Virus record (IMG/VR): IMGVR_UViG_3300018005_000013
Strand: one strand, 5' to 3'
DNA: 64,000 nt
Source of the DNA: an uncultured virus (IMG/VR IMGVR_UViG_3300018005_000013)
Taxonomy: Duplodnaviria > Heunggongvirae > Uroviricota > Caudoviricetes
The notes under the pieces were generated by a model. That model did no database searches. It was given only the letters and a program-made list of their open reading frames with translations, and had not been told where the DNA came from. Shown here piece after piece: positions 36,950-45,957 of the stretch (its first letter is position 1; the number at the start of each line of letters is the position of its first letter). A program made the translations under genes and the position numbers.

Positions 36950-39425
36950 TTGGGCCTTCCTTCTCGAGAACTCCAACGCCGACGGGGTACTCGTGAAGCG
37001 AGTGCCCGGCCCCGATGGATTTGAAAAAGCTAGACATGGTCGTGGCCGCCTGGGCGTGGGCGTTAGCCTCGCCCCCCCACTGCGGCACGCAAACAGATCG
37101 TAGGACGGAGTGCTGGCTACCGTCCTTGAACCACTGCCAACCCTTCATCTGCCCGGTCTTTTCCCCGCACGTCACGAGGGCCTGCTCGATGGTGCTGCGC
37201 TCGACCGGCGTGACCGGTTTGTCGAATTGAAAATCCGTGGCGACGCTGTCCGTGCCGCGCCCTTTGGTTCCGATGAACAGGGCCGCGTCCTCACCGGCGT
37301 CCTTGGCTGTCTGGGCGCAGAGCTTGAGCGCGTCGCCGTCGCCCTTATAGCTGACGATCCATGTGGGCTCATGCCCCCCCATGTAGCCACCGACCCCCGC
37401 TTGGACGCTGACCTCGCTTACGTTGGGCAGAGCGGACAGCTTGGCGGAAAATACGTTCATCCCGGCGACAATCTGCTGCTCGCTCACGCCCGGCCGCGCG
37501 TTGGTAATTCCGAGCCGCGTCTCGCCTTGCTCGGGCGGACCCACCTGCGGCGCTGGCTTCTGCGGGGCTGGCGCGGCGGTGGCGCTCACATCCTCCCCCC
37601 CGCTCTTTACGGGGGCCGTGCCGCCGGTCCCCGCTCCCGAGCCTCCCCTCGAGCCGGGGCGTCCCACGTGCCCGCTGTTGCCCGACCCGACCCCTCCCCG
37701 GACCACGAGCGACTTCTGCGCCAGGTTGGGACTCAATGTGGCGTGCAGCCTACGCAGATCGGCGAACGAGGATTCGGAGTCCCGCGGGCCGCCGGATGTG
37801 GATTCCTTGCTGCGCCACTCATTGCCCTGGCTGTCCGTGTAGTGGGCCCGCCAACCGCCGCTCTCGTCGTGCTGCAAGGACTGGCTTCCGGCGTCGCGCA
37901 GGTGCCAATTGGGACTCTGCGCGATGATCTTGCCGCTGTGGTCCACGATCTGCGCGAACCGGGTGCCGTTGGGATCGAGCCCCTTGACCTGTTCCACCAG
38001 GCCCGCGCCGTCCTCTGCGACTTTCCCCCGCGTCCACTCCACGGCGTTCGTAAGCTCGCCGCTCTTGGTCAGCAGCAACCACCGTCCCGCCTTAGAAGCC
38101 GCGAGCGTGTCCGGGCCCCCGCCGATGAAGTTGGCGGGCATCGCCAGCCCCTTCTCCGGCGTGGTCCCGACCTGCTCGAACTTGTCCAGCACCGACGGGT
38201 CGGCCCACGTCGGGCCGCTCATGTCATGGAAATCTCCCGTCCTCATGTTGGCGGCGATCTCGTTCAGGCCCTTGGGGAGGTTGGTCATAATATGGCTGGG
38301 CGTGGTTTTGTCCACGCCCGTGTACTCCTTGTCCGCCTCGACCGCCTTGTCCATCATCTGTTGGGCGTGGTCAAGCGCCTTGTTCACCTCGACCTTTGCT
38401 TCCGGGCCACCGCGGGCAAGCTCGCCCGCTTGGAAGAGGTCACGCTGCGCCCACGTCTTGTAGTGCTCCGCCGGGCGCTCGTGGCTGTACTTGTCGGGTT
38501 CGCGCGTCTCAAACTTGCCCGACCCTTCGCCTGGCGCGGAACCCCCCTGCTCGCCAGGGCGACCGGCATGCTCAAAGTCGCCACTGCCCTCGCCGCCACG
38601 CTCGGTAATCGGCGCGATCACCTCTGGGTGCGTATAGAACTCCTCCGAGGTAGCGCCGAGGACAGAGTGCGCCTTCACGTCGGCAATGGTCGAGACGTGC
38701 CCGTCAACCGGGCAGAGGACCTGCTTGCCGACCAGGGTCGTCCTGGACCGCTCATCGGAACTGCGCGCGAATCGGACCGTGTGCCCGCAGGTCAGCTTGG
38801 CATCCTCGACGACGCGATAGTCGGAGGGGAAACCGCCTCTGGCCGCCTCTCCGGCACCGCCGCCCGACGCAGACCCGCCTTGCTCCCCTGGGCGACCGGC
38901 ATGGCTGAAATCCCCAGAGCCGACTCCCCCGCGGCGAATAAGGCCCTTCTGCTGCCAGGGTTGTGTCTCGAGGAGATTCTGGCCCGGCTCAGGCAGAGGG
39001 CGCACGGGCACGCGATACTGCTCCCAGGCCACGAGTTGGGCTGCCTCTTGCACGACTTCCGGCGAGATGACATAGCCCCACTGGTCTCGCGCCAGCGTCC
39101 CGTCGAGTTTGGCCTGGCGCGCCCACTCGAGCGCGAAGTCTATGTCGATCAGCCCGTTGCCGACCAGGTTCAGGATGTCGCCCGCCTCGCGGATGCGCGC
39201 ATCCTCGACGGGGATGTCTTCCCCGCGCTCATGCAGGCGCTCGCGCAGAAGCGAGGCCAGGGCGTTCAGGTCAAGAATCTCGTCGTGCTCGACGGGCGGG
39301 ATCGCCACGCCCTCCTGGCCGGGCACTGTCACCGGCGCGGGCTGGGTCGGCGTCACAGTCACGCGGCGAAGCACGCCGGACAGGGCCAGACCGTCCGCCC
39401 GAGTGGTAATCTTCTTGTCGTTCAT
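36921..39425 (-). CDS. Putative capsid-internal polyprotein with 3 tags
   Basis: 834 aa; tags follow IRR, TER and VVR. Confidence 0.8.
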   Translation of the reverse strand: MNDKKITTRADGLALSGVLRRVTVTPTQPAPVTVPGQEGVAIPPVEHDEILDLNALASLLRERLHERGEDIPVEDARIREAGDILNLVGNGLIDIDFALEWARQAKLDGTLARDQWGYVISPEVVQEAAQLVAWEQYRVPVRPLPEPGQNLLETQPWQQKGLIRRGGVGSGDFSHAGRPGEQGGSASGGGAGEAARGGFPSDYRVVEDAKLTCGHTVRFARSSDERSRTTLVGKQVLCPVDGHVSTIADVKAHSVLGATSEEFYTHPEVIAPITERGGEGSGDFEHAGRPGEQGGSAPGEGSGKFETREPDKYSHERPAEHYKTWAQRDLFQAGELARGGPEAKVEVNKALDHAQQMMDKAVEADKEYTGVDKTTPSHIMTNLPKGLNEIAANMRTGDFHDMSGPTWADPSVLDKFEQVGTTPEKGLAMPANFIGGGPDTLAASKAGRWLLLTKSGELTNAVEWTRGKVAEDGAGLVEQVKGLDPNGTRFAQIVDHSGKIIAQSPNWHLRDAGSQSLQHDESGGWRAHYTDSQGNEWRSKESTSGGPRDSESSFADLRRLHATLSPNLAQKSLVVRGGVGSGNSGHVGRPGSRGGSGAGTGGTAPVKSGGEDVSATAAPAPQKPAPQVGPPEQGETRLGITNARPGVSEQQIVAGMNVFSAKLSALPNVSEVSVQAGVGGYMGGHEPTWIVSYKGDGDALKLCAQTAKDAGEDAALFIGTKGRGTDSVATDFQFDKPVTPVERSTIEQALVTCGEKTGQMKGWQWFKDGSQHSVLRSVCVPQWGGEANAHAQAATTMSSFFKSIGAGHSLHEYPVGVGVLEKEGPNAYDTVLNG

Positions 39426-39429
39426 GGCG

Positions 39430-42351
39430 CTAACCTCCTCCGCCGCTGAGCCGAGCCTTGGCGTCCTTCAGGACGCTCTCCGCCTTGCTTAGAGCGTGCA
39501 CCTTTTCCCCGAAATAGTCGAGGTAGTCCGCATAGGTCTTGCCTTCGGCGGCCATCCCCGCATGCGGGTGCGGAATCGCCTCGAACGCAGGGCGATTCTG
39601 ACCGACCAGGTCTTGGATATTCTTCCTGGCCGCATCTATGTGTTCGCCCAAGGCCCTGGCCGCCGCCTCGTGCCGGGCCTCTGCCGCCGCCACCTTGACC
39701 GGGTCGATCAGGCCCGCATCGCCCGTCTTCTCCACGCAATCGGTCCCGACCATGAAATGCTTGCCGTCTGCCGACTCGATCAGGCAGTGGTTGGTAATCG
39801 CCGTCCCGCAGTAAGCGCAGGAGTAGGGCCCGCCGTAGTCCACACGCGGCATCGACTGCATCCCCAGCGCCCAGGCCGTCGGGTTGGTCCCCATCGTGCT
39901 AGGGCTCGGGGCGACCCACATCTCCCTGAATCGGTAGGGGGCCTTGCCCAGGCCCGCGGCCTCGAACCGGTGAACCTTGCCGGAGGCGGCTGCCTTCTCC
40001 GTCTCTTTGGCTACCGATGTCACTCCCATCCCGGATGGCGCACTCCCGCCCTGCTCGCCGGGCCGCCCAGGGTGCCCAAAATCGCCCGACCCCTCGCCGC
40101 CACGCTCGACGGCATAGGTGAAAATCCGCTCCTCGAGCGTGCCCACGATCGCGCGCTGGACCGTGCCGTTCTTGGCGGCCCACTCGAGCGCCGCCCTGTA
40201 GTAGCGCATAGCCTCGGGCAGAAGGTCGTCCGATAGGTCCGCCGCAATCTGCTCCGGCCCCTCGTCTGTAGGAATGGTAATCGGGGGCGGCCCCTGAGTG
40301 GGGAACTCGACGCCAGCCGGTGGTACGGCGGTGAAGACGATCTTTCCGTGGCCGAGGCGCTGGCAGGTGAAGCGCGCCTTGGCTGCAATCTCGACCTGGC
40401 CCTCCGTCTCCGTATCCGCGAAAGCGCCGACCGCATCGCCTTCGAGGTGCGCGGCGACGGACTTGAGTAGGGCGTCGAAGGCCGCGCCGTCCCGCTCCTC
40501 GAGGTCGGCCTTCGCCACCCGGCCATAGGGAATGGAAATCCGGCCCTCCTTCCACTCCTGGAAAATCTTGAGGATGTCGCTGGGCCGGTGCGCGAAGTGG
40601 CCCATCTCGTCGATGCGCGTGTTCGCGTCATGGCCTACTAGGCGCGCTGCCATGGCGGGCTTCATGCCCATCCGCTCGAGCGCCGCGAGGACGTTCTGGT
40701 GGCCGACCGTGCCCTGCTGGTTGGCCTTGCCGAAGAGGGCCTGCATATCCTCGGGCGTGTACTTGCCCGCCTTGATCGCATCCGTGGCCATGGCGACGCG
40801 CTGGTTCTGCTCCCGCTCCGACTTGAGCCGGTGCTCGATCTGGCGCGCCTCGTCAAATCCCTCCTCGGGCGTTGAATGGAAATCGGTGCGCATGCCCTCG
40901 TGCTCGAGGGCCACCTTGCCAGCATTGTGGTACTTCCCGTGCACGACCTTGTAACCGCGGAAGTTCTCGCGGTCATCGCCGGTGCCGGGCAGGCTTCCGC
41001 CCTGCTCGCCCGGGCGGCCCGCGTGCTCAAAATCCCCAGAGCCCTCGCCGCCGCGGACAATCTCGGCGCTCGAGGTGCCCGTGCCGACGATCCCGCCCAA
41101 CGGTGTCGGGTACTCGCCCGCAAAGTCGGAGGCGGGCTGCGCGCCAGAGCCCTCGGCCTCTTGGCGCTTCACAGCAGCGGTCCCCGCCCCTAGTTTTTGG
41201 CGGAAGTCCGCAATGGTCGCACGGACGCGGGCCGGGTCCCGGGCGACCACGGCGAGATTCAACTGGCGGGCAGCCTCCGTCACCGGGTCCCGCAACGGCC
41301 CCAGCGCCTCGAACTTGCGCCCGATCTCGTTGGCCAGAGCGAGGTCCGGGTCGCCAGGTTCCAACTTGGGCAGGGCGCGAGCCAGGCGCACATCCATGTC
41401 GTGCTCTAGCCTGCCAATTTTTTCCTCCGGGTACTGCGGCGCGCCGTAGCGCATGAAACTCTCGTCCTGGTTCTGGGCAACCTCCCGGAAAACATCGCCC
41501 GTGCCCTCCAGCGCCAGACCGTAGTCGCGGTTGGCGACCTGCTTGGGGAGCTTCTCGATCTGGGAGTCCTGGTAGCGATAGAGGTCTAACCCGGACATCT
41601 GGCCGCCCAGGCCGGGGGCGCTGCCGCCCACCTCCCCCGGTCGGCCCGCGTGGCCCACGTCGCCCGAACCCGGACCGCCGCCTTGCACGAGGGAGCCCGG
41701 CTCGCGGGTCCACGGCAGGAGTATGTCCGATTTGACATCATAGTCGCTGCGCGTAATCGACCACCCGTAGACCCAGACCTTGAAGGGGAGCCCAAATCTC
41801 GGGAAACCGTCCGGCTGGCGAGTGTAACCCAGGGTGATGTGAGGGGTGTAAGACCTGGCGTCACAGAAGTCCCCGAGAATCAGTCCGGTCGAGATGGCCC
41901 GATTGATAATCTCCGACTGCAGGCGGAGAAGCGCCGGTGTGGCCACCAGGTCGAGGACGATGGCCCCGAGTGGCGGGTGCGCGCCGGGCGCGGGCGAGAA
42001 GTACCTGTAACCGCGCACCTCGAGCGAGAACGGGACCGGCATGAGCAGGTCCTTTTGCAGAGCGCCCATCTGCTCGTCGCTGCAATCGGGGAAGTAGGCC
42101 AGGGTGACGTGGAAGGTGTCCACGTCCTGCGGGTCGAAGGGCTGCCCGGCCAACTTGGCGCGCACGGCCACGAGGCGCTGGCACTCGGCCACGCGGGCCA
42201 CCGTCTGGGTGATCGGGTCGCCCTGGTCAAGCAGTTGGCGTCCCACGGCCTCTCGGTAGCGACTCAGGAAGGCGCAAGCATAGGCGGAGCGATCTGGCTC
42301 GCGCTCCGCCGCCCGATTGATTATCCGCTCTGCCCACAGGGGTCGATCCAC
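39430..42351 (-). CDS. Polyprotein: N-terminal 2H phosphoesterase, 3 tags, C-terminal Cys/His (Zn) domain
   Basis: Two HxT motifs (FHVTLAY, PHITLGY); C-terminal CAYCGTAITNH..VGTDCV. Confidence 0.82.
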   Translation of the reverse strand: MDRPLWAERIINRAAEREPDRSAYACAFLSRYREAVGRQLLDQGDPITQTVARVAECQRLVAVRAKLAGQPFDPQDVDTFHVTLAYFPDCSDEQMGALQKDLLMPVPFSLEVRGYRYFSPAPGAHPPLGAIVLDLVATPALLRLQSEIINRAISTGLILGDFCDARSYTPHITLGYTRQPDGFPRFGLPFKVWVYGWSITRSDYDVKSDILLPWTREPGSLVQGGGPGSGDVGHAGRPGEVGGSAPGLGGQMSGLDLYRYQDSQIEKLPKQVANRDYGLALEGTGDVFREVAQNQDESFMRYGAPQYPEEKIGRLEHDMDVRLARALPKLEPGDPDLALANEIGRKFEALGPLRDPVTEAARQLNLAVVARDPARVRATIADFRQKLGAGTAAVKRQEAEGSGAQPASDFAGEYPTPLGGIVGTGTSSAEIVRGGEGSGDFEHAGRPGEQGGSLPGTGDDRENFRGYKVVHGKYHNAGKVALEHEGMRTDFHSTPEEGFDEARQIEHRLKSEREQNQRVAMATDAIKAGKYTPEDMQALFGKANQQGTVGHQNVLAALERMGMKPAMAARLVGHDANTRIDEMGHFAHRPSDILKIFQEWKEGRISIPYGRVAKADLEERDGAAFDALLKSVAAHLEGDAVGAFADTETEGQVEIAAKARFTCQRLGHGKIVFTAVPPAGVEFPTQGPPPITIPTDEGPEQIAADLSDDLLPEAMRYYRAALEWAAKNGTVQRAIVGTLEERIFTYAVERGGEGSGDFGHPGRPGEQGGSAPSGMGVTSVAKETEKAAASGKVHRFEAAGLGKAPYRFREMWVAPSPSTMGTNPTAWALGMQSMPRVDYGGPYSCAYCGTAITNHCLIESADGKHFMVGTDCVEKTGDAGLIDPVKVAAAEARHEAAARALGEHIDAARKNIQDLVGQNRPAFEAIPHPHAGMAAEGKTYADYLDYFGEKVHALSKAESVLKDAKARLSGGGG

Positions 42352-42358
42352 GTCTACC

Positions 42359-42655
42359 TCATTCGAGCTTCTCGTACCCCCACTTGGTTCGCCAGCCCAG
42401 TGCGGCCAGGTGCGCGACGAAGCTCATGGCAATTCCGGTGATAAGCTCGCTCACGACCGGCATGTACGCCGGAGCGATCCAGTTCTGGCGGAACAGGAAA
42501 GCCAGCGCGAAGTACACCCAACAGCCGGTGCAGAAGTCGCACTCGGCCATCTCGCGCAGGAACGCACTCCGGCTCCAGATGCGGGTCGTTGGCCCGCTCG
42601 TTTGCCAGACCCAGATGAGCAGCCGCCCCACGACCCCGAAAACGATCAGGCTCAT
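42359..42655 (-). CDS. Small membrane protein with CxxC (DUF1360-like)
   Basis: Three hydrophobic segments; ECDFCTGCWV. Confidence 0.6.
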   Translation of the reverse strand: MSLIVFGVVGRLLIWVWQTSGPTTRIWSRSAFLREMAECDFCTGCWVYFALAFLFRQNWIAPAYMPVVSELITGIAMSFVAHLAALGWRTKWGYEKLE

Positions 42656-43125
42656 CTCACGAGTAGCCAGACCATGTTCAGGCCCTCGGGCGTGTAGCCT
42701 GCGTTGCGAACGAAGGCCAGCCGCCACCCGTCGGCCAGGTAGCCCGCCAGGTAGGCGTCCGCCTGGAAGCCGGTCACGGTTGGCCCCGCCCCAAAGGACG
42801 AGACGGATCGGCTGACGTGCTTGGCTTCCGTGAGACCCGCGCCCTTTTTGCTACGCCCGAAGACCCACAGGACGCTGATGCCCTGCTGCGTCAGGCCGAG
42901 GGTCTGGAAGTCCATCAGCCCCCAGCCCTCCCGGAACCGCGCGGTTACGAGCGCGTCGGCCTCGGCCCCGGAGACCTTGTCCGTTCCCGGCTGCGCTATG
43001 GCGGCTAGGGTGCGAACGGTGTGGTGAACCTCAATCACGTGACTCGCGGGCAACCCGGTCTCTGCGGCCTTGCCCTTCGGCTCCGCCTTCGGCGGCGCTT
43101 CCTGTCCTACCACTTTCTCAGTCAT
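42652..43125 (-). CDS. Hypothetical protein with internal duplication
   Basis: SGAEADAL..EGWGL..VLWVFGR and TGFQADAYL..DGWRL..MVWLLVR. Confidence 0.7.
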   Translation of the reverse strand: MTEKVVGQEAPPKAEPKGKAAETGLPASHVIEVHHTVRTLAAIAQPGTDKVSGAEADALVTARFREGWGLMDFQTLGLTQQGISVLWVFGRSKKGAGLTEAKHVSRSVSSFGAGPTVTGFQADAYLAGYLADGWRLAFVRNAGYTPEGLNMVWLLVR

Positions 43126-43357
43126 GCTTTCCTCCCGTGTTCCCTGCCTCCCATCCCTCGAGGCGAACTAGGTCATCGAACCCGCAGGAGCACCGCAGCG
43201 GCGCTTTGGTAATCCCGCCCGGCCCGATCATCCCGCTCCGCACCGCGTACACTGCGCCGCAGAGGCAGGTCAGCGTTGCCCTCCGGTCCGTGCCCTTGAA
43301 TGTCACGCCGCGCCAGGACCCGGCCCGGTAGGTTCGACTTTCCACGAAGACCCTCAC
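43118..43357 (-). CDS. Small Cys-containing (CxC/CxC) protein
   Basis: TCLCG..RCSCG, 79 aa. Confidence 0.55.
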   Translation of the reverse strand: MRVFVESRTYRAGSWRGVTFKGTDRRATLTCLCGAVYAVRSGMIGPGGITKAPLRCSCGFDDLVRLEGWEAGNTGGKHD

Positions 43358-43359
43358 GG

Positions 43360-45783
43360 CTACCGCCCATTCCAGGGCTTGTAGTCGCCGGTCCCCACCT
43401 TCTCTAGCAACTCCTGCTCGTTGAAAATCAGGTCGCAGTGACAGACGTTCGGATGCGCGGGCGGCGCGGGCGCGGGCTCAAAGACGGTGTCGAACAGGTA
43501 GTCCATGGTCACGAACCCCAGGTCCTCGTTCCCCGCGCAGATGTCGCACGGGTGAATGTTGCCCGCCGCCGTGACGCCACGCGAGCCGCGATGCACCCAT
43601 GCCTTCTGCTTCAGGCCCGACTTCTGGAACTGCTCGAGCCGCCCGGCGCACTCGGCCCGGGCGATCTCGGTATTGACAATCGAGTTGGTCCGCGCCTCCG
43701 TCATCTCCGTCAGGCCCTCGCGGATGAGCTTGATCGCGTCGTCTACGTAGCCTTCCTGGTTCAGGACGGTCTCGGCGCTGGCCCCGTCGCGCAGGGCTTG
43801 CGCGATGTCGGGGCTCGAGAGGCCCTGCCTCACACCCGCAACCACAACGCGGCGGATGAAGGTCTTGGTCGCATCGTCCACCCAGCGGACCAACTGGGCG
43901 GCCTTCTCGTCCAGGAGCGCGAGGGTCGCCTTGTTGCGCAAGGTGAATGAAAATCCGGTCATGGCGTAACTGTCCCGCTGGCCCGCCTCGTACAGGGACT
44001 TCACGAGCCGCTCGCCCGCGTCCACGGCTCCGGCTGCGAAGGCGGCGCGCATGATCGCCGTGATCGCCTCCTTGTCGGCGGACGTGGCCGTCTGCCACCA
44101 GGGATCGGCGGCCAGGTGCTTGTCGATCTCGCCTTGGAGGTCCTGTTCCTCGTCGCGCACGACCAGGTTCTCGATGCTGGCTGGGTCCTCGAAATCGAGG
44201 GCGATCATTTGAGGCAGCCAGTAGTCGTCAATCTCCGCGTCCGTTAGTTCCCCGAAGGTCCGGGCGACGCTCGGGACCATGGTCTTGGTCACGGCCCGCA
44301 CCAGCCTTCGCAACCGCGGCTCCTCTGCGCCCAGGATCACCCGCTCGAGGGCGGGTTTGATAATCAGGGAGAGTTGGGCCCTGAGTTCGTCCGAGGTCTT
44401 CATGCCCAGCACGGCTCGGGCGGCCATGAAGGGCGTGGGCCCTCCGCGCCCGCCGCTCGTGGCGGGCACCCCGCCAAAGGCCGGGTTGCCTTGCTCGGCT
44501 GGCGTGCCGGGCTTGCCCCCGGAGGTTCCGCTCGCGCCCGGCGCACCAGGCAGGCCGGGAGGCGGAGGTGGCGGGACCGGCACGTCCTCTGGGTCGATTT
44601 CCACCTTGAGTACGCCGGAGGCGACCAACTCGGATCGGAGTTCCTGTGGGCTCATCATCCCGGCATCTTTCGCTCCGGTGAGCCCCTGGACGTAGGCGAG
44701 CATGGCCCGGCCCTTGGCGAGGGTCGCATCCTCGTCGTCAATTTTCCACTCGAACTTGAGGTCCTCGCCAATGATGTTGTCCATGGCGTTTTCGATCTTC
44801 GCACGGACGAAGGCCTGGCCGGACCGGCGCGAGACGCGCTCTTGTCGGATCACCCCCGCCAGGCTGCCCCTTCCGCCCGTGTCGCCCAGGCCAATGTCGG
44901 AGAGCGTCATGCCATAGGCCGCCCCGAGAATCTGGGCGTACTTGGTCGTGACTTTGTCGTACATCATGTCAATTGGGGGGCGGTTGAAGGGAATCCACGC
45001 GGCGGCCTTGGAGTGCTGGTAAAGGACCGGGACCTTGAATCCGTCCGTGCCCATGAAAAGAGCCTTGGCACCGGCGATCCACTCCTCGGCGTCCTGCTCG
45101 CTCATGTCAATCAGGTCGAGGATGCCCGCCTCCGGCGTGTCGAGCAGCAGGTTGGCGTAGTACCGGTCGCCGCGGAAAAGCATCTCGATGGCCAGGTAGG
45201 CCTTCTCGGGCGGGGCCATGCCCCAACCGCGCCGCTCGAGTTCCGGGCGCGGGGTCATGTACATCCGCTGAATGGAGTAGTCGGGGAAGTTGACAATGCG
45301 CGTGGGCATCATCTTCACGCGCTGCTGGACGGGATTGTCGGCGTCACCGGTCGGCATGAGGGTGCCGCCGTCGATGTGCTCGATCCACATGACGCGCCCG
45401 TTCGGCTTGTCGCCCTCGCGGCCCACCTCGAAGGCCCCACCGAAGGGCAGGTCAAGTGTGTCCTGCAGGCAGAGTTCCATGAACGTGTCGAAATCGCCGT
45501 CGGCGTCGCGCAGGACCGCCTTGACGCGGTCGATCTCTTTGCGGGTAGCCTGCGTCTTATCCGTGGCGTCCTTGGCAACGATGTCCCAGGGGGTCGAGAG
45601 CACCATCTGGATCAGGGTGTCGCGGTAGATCATGCAGAGGGCTTGGTTGCGCACGAAGGCGCGCCAGCGTTCGGCCATGAGCCAACCCGGATGCCCCCAG
45701 TAGGGGACGATCCGGTTCAGGTACGTCGGCAGATGGATTGCCCTGGAGTCGTCAGTCGGGTTCGAGGCTGTTTTGCCTGCCAT
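43360..45783 (-). CDS. Portal protein fused to MuF/SPP1 gp7-like head morphogenesis domain
   Basis: Portal region (HIDGGT, GWGMAPPE, PEAGIL) after terL; Pro/Gly linker; C-terminal RTNSIVNTEIARA..KAWV..CDIC..PPAHPNVCHC. Confidence 0.88.
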   Translation of the reverse strand: MAGKTASNPTDDSRAIHLPTYLNRIVPYWGHPGWLMAERWRAFVRNQALCMIYRDTLIQMVLSTPWDIVAKDATDKTQATRKEIDRVKAVLRDADGDFDTFMELCLQDTLDLPFGGAFEVGREGDKPNGRVMWIEHIDGGTLMPTGDADNPVQQRVKMMPTRIVNFPDYSIQRMYMTPRPELERRGWGMAPPEKAYLAIEMLFRGDRYYANLLLDTPEAGILDLIDMSEQDAEEWIAGAKALFMGTDGFKVPVLYQHSKAAAWIPFNRPPIDMMYDKVTTKYAQILGAAYGMTLSDIGLGDTGGRGSLAGVIRQERVSRRSGQAFVRAKIENAMDNIIGEDLKFEWKIDDEDATLAKGRAMLAYVQGLTGAKDAGMMSPQELRSELVASGVLKVEIDPEDVPVPPPPPPGLPGAPGASGTSGGKPGTPAEQGNPAFGGVPATSGGRGGPTPFMAARAVLGMKTSDELRAQLSLIIKPALERVILGAEEPRLRRLVRAVTKTMVPSVARTFGELTDAEIDDYWLPQMIALDFEDPASIENLVVRDEEQDLQGEIDKHLAADPWWQTATSADKEAITAIMRAAFAAGAVDAGERLVKSLYEAGQRDSYAMTGFSFTLRNKATLALLDEKAAQLVRWVDDATKTFIRRVVVAGVRQGLSSPDIAQALRDGASAETVLNQEGYVDDAIKLIREGLTEMTEARTNSIVNTEIARAECAGRLEQFQKSGLKQKAWVHRGSRGVTAAGNIHPCDICAGNEDLGFVTMDYLFDTVFEPAPAPPAHPNVCHCDLIFNEQELLEKVGTGDYKPWNGR

Positions 45784-45957
45784 AGGATGTCTCCGGGAAA
45801 TCACAGGCGCGCGAAGCTGGCCGCATCCTGCCTACGCGCCGCTCGAGTGCCGCCCGCCAGCCCTGTGATCGGTCGGCGCGGCCTGAAATGACGGGACGGG
45901 CTTCCCGCAAGATGAGCGTACCCGGTCAAGCGCGATTGATAAAGCATGTTCGGACCC

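Noticed and set aside
26891..42351. Tag-encoding DNA repeats as a CRISPR array or DGR template/variable repeats
   Set aside because: Irregular spacing of hundreds to thousands of bp, in-frame, synonymous divergence, no adenine-specific pattern, and no cas or reverse transcriptase gene in the window.
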